From an uncultured bacterium (GTDB lineage Bacteria > Lernaellota > Lernaellaia > Lernaellales > Lernaellaceae): DNA of 18,726 nt. How positions within the stretch are numbered: position 1 is the first letter of the stretch; each line of letters begins with the position of its first letter. The notes under the pieces are model-generated. The model ran no database searches, was not told where the DNA came from, and was given only the letters and a program-made list of their open reading frames with translations. The stretch is taken from assembly GCA_964534375.1 (NCBI GenBank), contig CAZHPN010000127.1:1-18726 (forward strand), in the 5' to 3' direction. The position numbers and the translations under genes are program-made. This document shows, in pieces, positions 1-7,830 of this stretch.

Positions 1-1699
1 CGACGCAGTGTACGGCGATGTCGACGATCTGGTAGCCGGCGATGACGCCGCGCACGAGCCGTTCCTGAATGCCTTTGTCGACGGCGGGAATAAACTGGCG
101 CGGGATGACGCCGCCGACGATGTCGTCGACGAACTCATAACCGGCGCCGCGCGGGCGCGGCTTCACGATCAGCTCGCATTCGCCGAACTGGCCGCGGCCG
201 CCGGATTGCTTCTTGTGGCGATACCGCGCGGTGGCCTCGACCTTGATGGTTTCCTTGTAGGGCACTTTCGGAGTCGCGAGGTTCACTTCGACGCCGTATT
301 TGCGGCGCAGTTTCTCGACCGTCATTTCCAGGTGGCCCTGGCCGACGCCCTCAAGGATGTATTCCTGCGTCTGCCTGTCCTGGCGCAAACGGATCGTCGG
401 ATCTTCTTCGGCCAGGCGCAGCAGGCCGGTTTGAATTTTTTCCTCGTCGCCTTTGGCTTTGGCCTGAATGGCAAAACTGATCGACGGCTCGGGGAACTGC
501 AGCAACTTGAACTGCACGACGTTCTTTTCGTCGCACAGCGTGTCGCCGGTGCTCGTGTCCTTCAGCTTCGCGACGCAGACGATGTCGCCGCAAACCGCGC
601 GTTCGATCGCCTCTTTCTCCTTGCCGGCCATCTTGAAAATCTGGCCCCAGCGCTCCTTGCCGTTGCGATTGGGGTTGAAACCCTGCGAATCGACGCCAGC
701 GCCGCCCGAGAAGACGCGGAAAATGCTGATCTTGCCGGAGTGGCGGTCGATGATGGTCTTGAACACCACCGCGGCGAACGGCTCCGTCTCAGCCGCGGCG
801 CGTTCGATTTTTTCCTCGGCCGCGCCGGGTTTGAAGCCGGCCAGCGGCGCGCGGTCGAGCGGACTGGGCGCCGATTCCGCAATCAATTCCAGCAGCGGTT
901 GGATGGCCATGTTCTTCGTCGAGCTGCCGCACAGGACGGGCACGATCGCGCCTTTTTTCCAGCCTTCGCGCAATGCGTTCGCGAGCGCCTCGGGCGAGAG
1001 TTCCTGGCCGTCGAGGTAGGCCATCATCAACTCTTCGTCGTTTTCGGCGATGGCGTCGATCGCCTTTGTGCGAAAGTCGTCGGCCTGTTTCTTGAGGTCG
1101 GCCGGGATTTCGCCCACAGTCGTCGCGCCCGAACCGTCGGCCGCGTAGAAATAGGCTTTGCCCGCCAGCAGGTCGACCACGCCCTTGAAAGATTCTTCCT
1201 GGCCGATCGGAATCTGCAGCGGCGTCAACGTCACCTTGAACGATTCCTGAATTTCGCCCAACGCGCGCTCGAAATTGGCGCGCTCGCGGTCCATTTTGTT
1301 GATGAAAAACATGCGGGGCAGTTTCTGTTCGACGGCCGCTTCCCAGAAGCGCGTGGTTTGCACTTGCACGCCGCTGGCCGCGTCGATCGCGATCAAGGCC
1401 AGATCGACGACTTTCATGACATTGAGGCTTTCGGCGGCGAAGTTCGCGTCGCCGGGGGTGTCGAGGATATTCAGCCGCGCTTTTTGCCAATCGCACCAGC
1501 CGATGCCGGTGCTGATCGAGGAGGTCTTCGCGATTTCCTCCTGTTCCCAGTCCATGATCGTGTTGCCGTCTTCGACGCGCCCCAAACGGGTCGTCGCCTT
1601 GCCGTTGAACAACATCGCTTCGGCTAAACTGGTCTTGCCGGTTCCGCCGTGGCCGAACAATCCGACGTTCCGGATTTTGCCGGATTCAATGACCTTCAT
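1..1699 (-). CDS. fusA: Elongation factor G-like protein (EF-G2/FusA2 type), 3' end truncated by the window edge
   Basis: Hand translation of parts of the minus strand from ATG at 1699 (RBS GAGGAG at 1706-1711): MKVIESGKIRNVGLFGHGGTGKTSLAEAML...DTPGDANF...FINKMD...HKKQSGGRGQFGEC...AGYQIVDIAVHCV. This covers the G1, G3 and G4 GTPase motifs and the EF-G domain IV signature. About 566 codons to the window edge. Absent from the ORF track because no stop codon lies in the window. Confidence 0.93.
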   Translation of the reverse strand, partial: MKVIESGKIRNVGLFGHGGTGKTSLAEAMLFNGKATTRLGRVEDGNTIMDWEQEEIAKTSSISTGIGWCDWQKARLNILDTPGDANFAAESLNVMKVVDLALIAIDAASGVQVQTTRFWEAAVEQKLPRMFFINKMDRERANFERALGEIQESFKVTLTPLQIPIGQEESFKGVVDLLAGKAYFYAADGSGATTVGEIPADLKKQADDFRTKAIDAIAENDEELMMAYLDGQELSPEALANALREGWKKGAIVPVLCGSSTKNMAIQPLLELIAESAPSPLDRAPLAGFKPGAAEEKIERAAAETEPFAAVVFKTIIDRHSGKISIFRVFSGGAGVDSQGFNPNRNGKERWGQIFKMAGKEKEAIERAVCGDIVCVAKLKDTSTGDTLCDEKNVVQFKLLQFPEPSISFAIQAKAKGDEEKIQTGLLRLAEEDPTIRLRQDRQTQEYILEGVGQGHLEMTVEKLRRKYGVEVNLATPKVPYKETIKVEATARYRHKKQSGGRGQFGECELIVKPRPRGAGYEFVDDIVGGVIPRQFIPAVDKGIQERLVRGVIAGYQIVDIAVHCV

Positions 1700-1820
1700 G
1701 AATCACTCCTCGTACGACCTGGTAAGCTGGCCAATTTATTGAATCTAAAGCGTTTCACCCGACATTTGCTCGACTGGAATAAGAGCGAGCGAGGAAAAAT
1801 AGTCCAGTTGATGCGGAAAA

Positions 1821-4247
1821 TCAAGGGCGTTTCGCCGCCTCGGGCGCGGCGGCCGCTTTCACGGCCGGCGTGTAGTTCACGTAGGTCCCCGCCAGGTACT
1901 CGGACGCGAGGAGTTCGCCCGTGCTCGCGTCGACGCGCACCCAGACGAACTCGGCGTCGGAAGCGACATCGCCGGGGAAGCCGTCGGCGGCCGCCAATTG
2001 GTAGGCGCCGCCGGGGTTGGCGATCACGGCGTCGATCGTGTCTTCCAGGTCAATGTAATACACGAGCAAGTCGCCCTGACGATACGCGGTGGTCGGCGGC
2101 AGCGCGCTCGCGGCGGTCGCGACGACGTGCGCCGCGAGAAAACGCGCGTTGGCCGCCGACACGTCGCCGCGCAGCACCGCATGCGTGTCGAGTTGGCCGT
2201 CGGCGAACGAGTGGTCCTCGACGACCTGGCTCAACGCCAGCGAGGCGCTGTCGCTCTGCAGATACGTGCGCATCGCGCCGTTCGGGCGTTCGATCAGCGC
2301 GCCGTCGGCCTCAAGCGTGAAGACGCCGTCGGTGTCGCCGCCGGCGAGGGTTTGCAAGAGCCACGCATAGTCTTGCGCGCTCGCGGCGGTTACGACGTCC
2401 GAGGTGACGAAATATTGGCCGTCGATCAGCACCAGGCGGCGGGCGATGGTCGCGCCTTGGTACGCGGTGTCGACGCGCGCGGAATGAAACGGCGCCACGT
2501 CGAAGAATTCGGAGAGATAGGCGTTGGAGTCGACGTCGAACTCGATGAAGCCGAACGACGGCCCGAGTTCGTTCACCAGAATCAAGCTGTGGTTTTTCGG
2601 CTGCATGACCGGCCAGCGGTCGGCGTAGGAGCCGTAGCCGGAATCGATCGCGAACATCTCGCCCATAGCGTAGAGCAGAAAACTGGACGCGTCCGGCTGC
2701 TTATGGCCGAGGCCGTCGAGCCGCGCCTTGCCGTTTTCGCCCGTCAACAGGCCGTAGAAATCGTCGGCGCCCCACCCGCTGCGCAGCACCGCCTGGCCCG
2801 CATTCGGCTTGAAGATGCTCGGGCCGACGGTCGGCGCCGCCGGCGCCGGCATTTGCGGCAGCAACGGCAGCAACAACAGCGCCAGGCCGTCGTCGTTGAG
2901 CGAGCAGGCCGGCGATTGGCGGTAGAGCCAGGCGAAGTCCGGCCGGTTGAACAACGCCGCGATGACGCCCGGATGCGGACAGTACAGGTTCGAGTCGGCG
3001 ATCGGCGGGCAGTAGCCGTTGGGCAGCGAGAGGCCGAATTGCCAATCGAGGATTTCCGTCAGTCGCGGATCGACCGCGAGATCGACGGTCGAGTCGATGG
3101 TCGTCGCGCACGGCAGCAGGTGCGGCCGGCAGTCCGTTTTGTAGAGATACGAACGGCCCTGGGCGAAACGATGATAGGCCGCGATCCACGGCAGCAGATT
3201 GCCCTGCGAATAAATCAGGTAATACGGGCCTTCGGCCGTGCCGCCGCCCTCGGGCATTTGAAAATCGAATTGGATATACGGCGCCAGCGTCATTCCCAGG
3301 TTGGTGTAAACCGCGGCCTCGCGTTGCATGTTGAAGGTCATGCCCGTAATGCCCAGGCCGCTGCTCAGACGCACCATGTGGTTGTTGTTGAGCAGTTTGC
3401 CGATCAGCAGTTCGACGTACAGGTGATACAACACGTGCGCATAATTGAGCACCGCCGTCGTCATCGCGGCTTCGTCCGTCGCGTCGATCAGGTTGAAGCC
3501 CTTGAGCAAATCGAACGCGAGGCTGCACCAGGTCAGCGCCATGCCGCCGTGAATCGTGCCCAGGTCCCACTCGGCCAGCGAGTAATCCGACAATTCGAAG
3601 TTAAACGCCTCGACCGTCGCCGCGGCTTTCGCGGCATAGGTCGCGTCATTTAGGTAAAATGCGACAAACGCCGCGCTCGCCGCGATCTGGCCGTTCACTT
3701 CGTCGTAAGGGAAGTTGTAATCGCCCGGCGTTTGCACGAGCGGCGCGGCGTCGGCCTGGGCCTTGATGCTGTTGTACAAGCGGGTGGCGTCGGGGTCGCC
3801 GGCCTGAATCGCCGCCTTCGCCGCCTGCCAACCTGCCGCATCGGCGAACAGGCGCGGATACGTGGTCAACTCGTGCGGATGCCACTCCAGCGCGTCGCTC
3901 GGATCGAAGGGGTTGGTGCCGTCCAGGCGCTCCTGCAAATCGCTGACGCCGTCCTGGTCGGAATCGAACGTGTCGTCGTCGGCCGGCGAGGCGTCGTCAT
4001 CGGGCGAGACGTCGTTGTCGTCATCGTTGTCGTCGTTGTCATTGTCATCGTCGTCCGGCGATTGATCGTCGTCATCGGGCGAGGCGTCGTCATCGGGCGA
4101 GACGTCGTTGTCGTTGTCGTCGTCATGGCCGGGCGAGACGTCGTCGTCGACGATCGGATGACGCGTGGAACTCGCCGCGTTGCCGCCGCAGGCCGCGAGC
4201 GTCGCCGCCAGCGCCAAGGCGACCAGGAAAATCCCGCGCGTGCTCAT
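1821..4247 (-). CDS. Lipoprotein, heparinase II/III-family polysaccharide lyase-like, with Asp-rich linker and TSP3-like Ca-binding motif (808 aa)
   Basis: Start moved to ATG 4247 (MSTRGIFLVALALAATLAAC, lipobox LAA-C). D/N-rich repeats, then DSDQDGVSDLQERLDGTNPFD (bacterial TSP3-like), YPRLF, NNNH (3378-3389), EGPYY (3219-3233), LRSGW and GHKQPDASSF..AIDSG..NHS, which are typical of heparinase II/III-type lyases. Confidence 0.8.
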   Translation of the reverse strand: MSTRGIFLVALALAATLAACGGNAASSTRHPIVDDDVSPGHDDDNDNDVSPDDDASPDDDDQSPDDDDNDNDDNDDDNDVSPDDDASPADDDTFDSDQDGVSDLQERLDGTNPFDPSDALEWHPHELTTYPRLFADAAGWQAAKAAIQAGDPDATRLYNSIKAQADAAPLVQTPGDYNFPYDEVNGQIAASAAFVAFYLNDATYAAKAAATVEAFNFELSDYSLAEWDLGTIHGGMALTWCSLAFDLLKGFNLIDATDEAAMTTAVLNYAHVLYHLYVELLIGKLLNNNHMVRLSSGLGITGMTFNMQREAAVYTNLGMTLAPYIQFDFQMPEGGGTAEGPYYLIYSQGNLLPWIAAYHRFAQGRSYLYKTDCRPHLLPCATTIDSTVDLAVDPRLTEILDWQFGLSLPNGYCPPIADSNLYCPHPGVIAALFNRPDFAWLYRQSPACSLNDDGLALLLLPLLPQMPAPAAPTVGPSIFKPNAGQAVLRSGWGADDFYGLLTGENGKARLDGLGHKQPDASSFLLYAMGEMFAIDSGYGSYADRWPVMQPKNHSLILVNELGPSFGFIEFDVDSNAYLSEFFDVAPFHSARVDTAYQGATIARRLVLIDGQYFVTSDVVTAASAQDYAWLLQTLAGGDTDGVFTLEADGALIERPNGAMRTYLQSDSASLALSQVVEDHSFADGQLDTHAVLRGDVSAANARFLAAHVVATAASALPPTTAYRQGDLLVYYIDLEDTIDAVIANPGGAYQLAAADGFPGDVASDAEFVWVRVDASTGELLASEYLAGTYVNYTPAVKAAAAPEAAKRP
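3985..4114 (-). repeat. Intragenic 37-bp exact direct repeat within the Asp-rich low-complexity linker
   Basis: ggcgaggcgtcgtcatcgggcgagacgtcgttgtcgt occurs at 3985-4021 and 4078-4114 and encodes DNDVSPDDDASP twice. Confidence 0.9.
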
Positions 4248-4327
4248 TATTTTTCCGCCGCGTTGTTGGATCGACAAGGCAGCATAAACGGCGCGGGCGG
4301 GCAAGTCAAAAAGGCGAGCGGCAGAAC

Positions 4328-4387
4328 GCAGGGGCGAACCTTGCGTTCGCCGTCACGAACAAGGGCGATGGCAAGCATCGCCCCCAA
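4328..4387. repeat. REP doublet (REPIN-like): two inverted hairpin units
   Basis: Unit 1: gcag-gg[ggcgaac-cttgc-gttcgcc] type hairpin, stem 4333-4351. Unit 2: gggcgatg-gcaag-catcgccc (4363-4383). The loops cttgc and gcaag are reverse complements, so the units are inverted copies. Resembles GTAG-family REPs with a degenerate foot. Confidence 0.7.
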
Positions 4388-4458
4388 GGAATTCGGCCGC
4401 GCGGGCTAGACACGCGTTTTTTTTCGTGCCAATCCTTCGCCGCAATTCGAACTGCGGG

Positions 4459-5376
4459 ATGAACGTGGAAGACTCGCGCAAGCCCTTCGATTGGCGGCTG
4501 CACGCGGCGCTCTTGTGGGTGCAATTCACCTTCGGCGCGGCGGCGGTGTTCGCCAAGTACGTGCTCGGGTATTTGTCGCCGCTGGCCGTCGGCGGCTGCC
4601 GGGTGTTGGGCGCGACGCCGCTGCTGTTGTTGCTGGCGTGGGGGTTCGAGCGCACGCTGCCGCAAAAACGCGACCTGCTGCATTTGGTCGGCCTCGGTTT
4701 TCTCGGCATTTTCGCCAACCAGTTGTTGTTCATGTTCGGCCTGAAATTCACCACGGCGACGAACGGGGCGATTCTGCAACTGGGCACGCCGGTGTTCACC
4801 GCGGCGATCGCGTTCCTCGTCGGCGTCGAACGCATCGGTTTCTGGCAAGGCTGCGGCGTCGGTCTTTCGGTCGCCGGCGCGCTGACGATGATCGGGCCGG
4901 CGCGGCTGACGTTCGGCGGCAGCCAGGCGTTCGGCAATTTGCTGATCTTGTGCAACAGTCTGTGTTACTCGGGTTACCTCGTCTGGCAACGGCCGTTGCT
5001 GCGCCGGCTCGGGCCGTTGACCGTGGTCGCCTGGTCGTTCCTGTTCGGCGGCATCGGCGTGCTGGCCGTGGCGGCGCCGGCCACGCTGGCGATCGACGTG
5101 CGCGCGACGCCCGGCCTGGTGTGGGTCGGCGTCGCGTATATTGTATTTATGCAAACGGCGATGAATTATGCGCTGAACACGTGGGCGATGCGCCGGTCGA
5201 CGCCGTCGCTGGTGGCGTCGTACAACACGCTGCAGCCGCTTTCCGCGGCGTGGTTGGCGGCCGTGTTTCTGGGCGAGACCGTCGGTTGGCGCGAGGGCGT
5301 TGGCTTTGCACTGATCGTCGGCGGGCTGGCGCTGGTTTCGCAGCGGCCGGCCGCGGCGGCAGAAAGGCGGGAGTGA
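4459..5376 (+). CDS. DMT/EamA family drug/metabolite transporter
   Basis: About 10 hydrophobic segments in two repeats; motifs GLKFTTATNGAILQLGTPVFT..ERI and LQPLSAAWLAAVFLGE. ATG 4459 preferred over the track start at 4426. Confidence 0.92.
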   Translation: MNVEDSRKPFDWRLHAALLWVQFTFGAAAVFAKYVLGYLSPLAVGGCRVLGATPLLLLLAWGFERTLPQKRDLLHLVGLGFLGIFANQLLFMFGLKFTTATNGAILQLGTPVFTAAIAFLVGVERIGFWQGCGVGLSVAGALTMIGPARLTFGGSQAFGNLLILCNSLCYSGYLVWQRPLLRRLGPLTVVAWSFLFGGIGVLAVAAPATLAIDVRATPGLVWVGVAYIVFMQTAMNYALNTWAMRRSTPSLVASYNTLQPLSAAWLAAVFLGETVGWREGVGFALIVGGLALVSQRPAAAAERRE

Positions 5377-5379
5377 GCG

Positions 5380-6669
5380 ATGGCGAAATGGATCGGGCAG
5401 ATCGTGCTCGCGGTGATCGTCGGCACGGCCGTCGGCCTGGTGCTCTTGAAATACAAGGACCGCCTCTTCGGCCCGTCGACGCTGCCGGCGAAATGGCTGC
5501 CGTTTAGCGAGCAGATCCGCCGGGTGCGGGCCTCCGATCGTTGGCGTTCGGCGGCGGGATACCAACGCCAACTGACCCGCGCCGTGCTGCTCAAGTCGCG
5601 CGAACTCGGCTGCAACTACCTCGTCAACAACCAGAAGCCCGAGGGCAACTTCAACTACGAATACGATTTCGTCGCGCAGACGCAGAGCAAGGAGGACAAC
5701 GAGGTGCGGCAGGCCGGCGCGCTCTGGGGCGTCGCGCTGTGCCACCAGTTTGCGCCGACCGACAAAACGCGGGCCGCGCTCGACAAGGGCCTCGAATTCT
5801 TTTTCCGCAGCGAATGGTCCGGCCCCGACGGCGCGGTGGGATTTTCCTATCTGGGGCGCAACGACGTCGAAACCGGCGCCGTGGCGCTCGTCGCGCTGGC
5901 GCTGATCGAATACCTCCGTTCCGACGCGACCTTGACGCCCGCGCGCCGGGAAGAACTCGACCGCCATCTGCTCGGATATCTCAATTTCATCAAGGCCGTG
6001 CAGACGCCCGCCGGCGACTTCAGTTTCGCCGCGAAACGGGGACTCGCGGAGCGCATCGGCGAGCCCACGCCGTATTACGACGGCGAGTCGCAGCTCGCGC
6101 TGGCGAAGGCGGCCAAGTATCTGCACAAGACCGAGTACCTGCCGATTTTAATCAAGGCGGCGGCCCGCACCGCGCCGAAATACACGATCGAGGCCTGGCG
6201 CAAGAAGGCCGACTCCGAAATGACCAAGGGCTTTTACCAGTGGGGCAGCATGGCGTTTTGGGAATATCAGGACGCCGGCTGGGAGAAGGCGAAAGCCTAC
6301 GCCGACACGGTGATGGCCCTGGCGTGGTGGCAGATTTACACGCACCAGATCCTGAACAAGCCGGCCAACACCGGCTACGCCTACGAGGGCCTGATCAACG
6401 CGTGGCGGCTGGCCGTGGCGCAGCACGACGAACGCGCCGCCGGCGAACTGGGCCGGGCCATCGACAAGGGCCTTTGCAAGCTGACCTCGTGGCAGGTGGA
6501 AGGGCCGCTCCTCGAGCAGAACAGCTTTCTCGTCGAGCACCGCACGACCGACCCGCTGGCGATCGGCGGCATCATGAATCAGCGCGACAAGCCGCCGCTG
6601 CGCATCGACGTGGGGCAACACCAGATGCATTCGGTCATGCTGGCCTTGGAGTTCGTTTATCCGGAGTGA
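5380..6669 (+). CDS. Membrane-anchored hypothetical protein, probable alpha/alpha-barrel (terpene cyclase/prenyltransferase- or six-hairpin-like fold)
   Basis: 429 aa with an N-terminal TM helix. QW-repeat-like motifs NQKPEGNF and VQTPAGDF, plus RQAGALW, YYDGESQLAL and C-terminal LRIDVGQH. Begins 3 nt after the EamA stop with an upstream GGGAG; strong GC3 bias. Confidence 0.75.
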   Translation: MAKWIGQIVLAVIVGTAVGLVLLKYKDRLFGPSTLPAKWLPFSEQIRRVRASDRWRSAAGYQRQLTRAVLLKSRELGCNYLVNNQKPEGNFNYEYDFVAQTQSKEDNEVRQAGALWGVALCHQFAPTDKTRAALDKGLEFFFRSEWSGPDGAVGFSYLGRNDVETGAVALVALALIEYLRSDATLTPARREELDRHLLGYLNFIKAVQTPAGDFSFAAKRGLAERIGEPTPYYDGESQLALAKAAKYLHKTEYLPILIKAAARTAPKYTIEAWRKKADSEMTKGFYQWGSMAFWEYQDAGWEKAKAYADTVMALAWWQIYTHQILNKPANTGYAYEGLINAWRLAVAQHDERAAGELGRAIDKGLCKLTSWQVEGPLLEQNSFLVEHRTTDPLAIGGIMNQRDKPPLRIDVGQHQMHSVMLALEFVYPE

Positions 6670-6682
6670 GCGCCGCGCGCCG

Positions 6683-7129
6683 TTAGCGCTTCTTTTCGGC
6701 GCGCCGGCCGAGCGCCAACGCCGCCAAGCCGATGCCCGTCATGAAGAGAAACATCAGCAAATCGGTGTTGCCGGCGAAGACGCCGCAGCCGCTGCGCTGA
6801 TGGCTCGACCCGCCATGCCGCGCGGGGCTCGTGTCGTCGCCGCCGGAGTCGTTGTCACTGTCATCGTCGGGCGTGTTGTCGTCATCAAGCGGCGCGCTCA
6901 TGTACGAGCAAACACAATCCAAGAATTGTTGCGTGATTTGGCCGTCGCTTCCATAGAGGTACCCCCAACAATTATCCGGCGCGTCTGTGGCGTTGCAACG
7001 CGCAACGCAGTTGGGAACGACGCAAGGCAACATCGGGCAAACCTCATCGCAGGTCGGGGTGCCAATCGGGTCGGCGAAGCAGAGAACGGGCGCCAGAATC
7101 GCGATCAGCGCAATAAGAACTCTTCGCAT
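6683..7129 (-). CDS. Small secreted Cys-rich protein with C-terminal SGCG-TM-basic sorting-signal-like tail (148 aa), paralogue A
   Basis: ATG 7129 preceded by AAGGAAGG. Signal peptide MRRVLIALIAILAPVLCFA-D, 8-Cys domain ending FLDCVC, Asp-rich linker, then HQRSGCGVFAGNTDLLMFLFMTGIGLAALALGRRAEKKR. Confidence 0.82.
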   Translation of the reverse strand: MRRVLIALIAILAPVLCFADPIGTPTCDEVCPMLPCVVPNCVARCNATDAPDNCWGYLYGSDGQITQQFLDCVCSYMSAPLDDDNTPDDDSDNDSGGDDTSPARHGGSSHQRSGCGVFAGNTDLLMFLFMTGIGLAALALGRRAEKKR

Positions 7130-7140
7130 GACAGCCTTCC

Positions 7141-7569
7141 TTATTTCTTGGCGCGGCGGCCAACCGCGAAGGCTGACACGCCGATCGCCGTCATGATGAG
7201 GAACAATGCCAAGTCCGGGTTCGCGGCGACAATGCCGCAGCCGGAGTGATGATGCGTGGGCGAGTCGTGCGCGGGCACGGTGTCGTCGTCGGCCGGACTG
7301 CCGATCGCCTCGCAAACGCAGGTCAACAAATCGGGGCACGGCGCATCGGCGCACGCCGAAAAGGCGCGCGCTTGGCGGCACGCCGGCAGGCAGAGCGCGC
7401 CCGGGTTGCACGGCAGCGGATGCGGGCACTCCGGGAGGTCGCCGGCGCAAAGCGCGTTGCAGCCGAACCAGTCCTCCTCGGTGTCGTCGTCGGGCGGCGG
7501 GGGCGAGCCGTCGGCGCACACGAAAGCGGGAACAAGAAAAAAGGCCGCAAGCATAAGGACTGTACGCAT
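7141..7569 (-). CDS. Small secreted Cys-rich protein with C-terminal SGCG-TM-basic sorting-signal-like tail (142 aa), paralogue B
   Basis: ATG 7569 with GGAGG at 7576-7580. Signal peptide MRTVLMLAAFFLVPAFVCA-D, 10-Cys domain ending LLTCVC, Asp-rich linker, then HHHSGCGIVAANPDLALFLIMTAIGVSAFAVGRRAKK. Confidence 0.82.
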   Translation of the reverse strand: MRTVLMLAAFFLVPAFVCADGSPPPPDDDTEEDWFGCNALCAGDLPECPHPLPCNPGALCLPACRQARAFSACADAPCPDLLTCVCEAIGSPADDDTVPAHDSPTHHHSGCGIVAANPDLALFLIMTAIGVSAFAVGRRAKK

Positions 7570-7698
7570 TTCCGACCTCCAGGTTCGGGCAACGCCATCA
7601 TCCGTCCGGAACCACCGACCCGACGACGGCCCCCATTGCCAAAACCATCGCGTCGCCGAGCGCTCTGAACGTACCAAAAACAGCCGGAGCCGGCAAGG

Positions 7699-7830
7699 TT
7701 ATTTTTTGCGTTGTTTTTCTGCGTGCGGCCCGGCGCGACGGCGCTGGCATCGGCGCCGGCGTCGGGATTGCCCGCTTCGCCGCTGCAACCGCTGTGGCAA
7801 CGGTCGTCGGAACTCGCGGCGGAATCGAGC
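7699..7830 (-). pseudogene. Degenerate remnant of a third SGCG-CTERM tail
   Basis: The minus strand reads DSAASSDDRCHSGCSGEAGNPDAGADASAVAPGR and then, after a frameshift, AEKQRKK* (stop 7699-7701). It aligns to HSGCGIVAANPD..VSAFAVGR and AEKKR* of the paralogues, with the TM core missing. No start codon or signal peptide was found. Confidence 0.5.

Noticed and set aside
8..1627. 539-aa plus-strand ORF
   Set aside because: Antisense shadow of the EF-G gene; no motifs, and the real gene is on the minus strand.
1771..1810. Imperfect inverted repeat between the lyase gene and fusA as a terminator or riboswitch
   Set aside because: Short mismatched stem, long loop, no U-tract, and no recognisable RNA family.
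6683..7519. 278-aa ORF as listed in the track
   Set aside because: The N-terminal 130 aa overlap paralogue B in another frame; the RBS and signal peptide point to ATG 7129.
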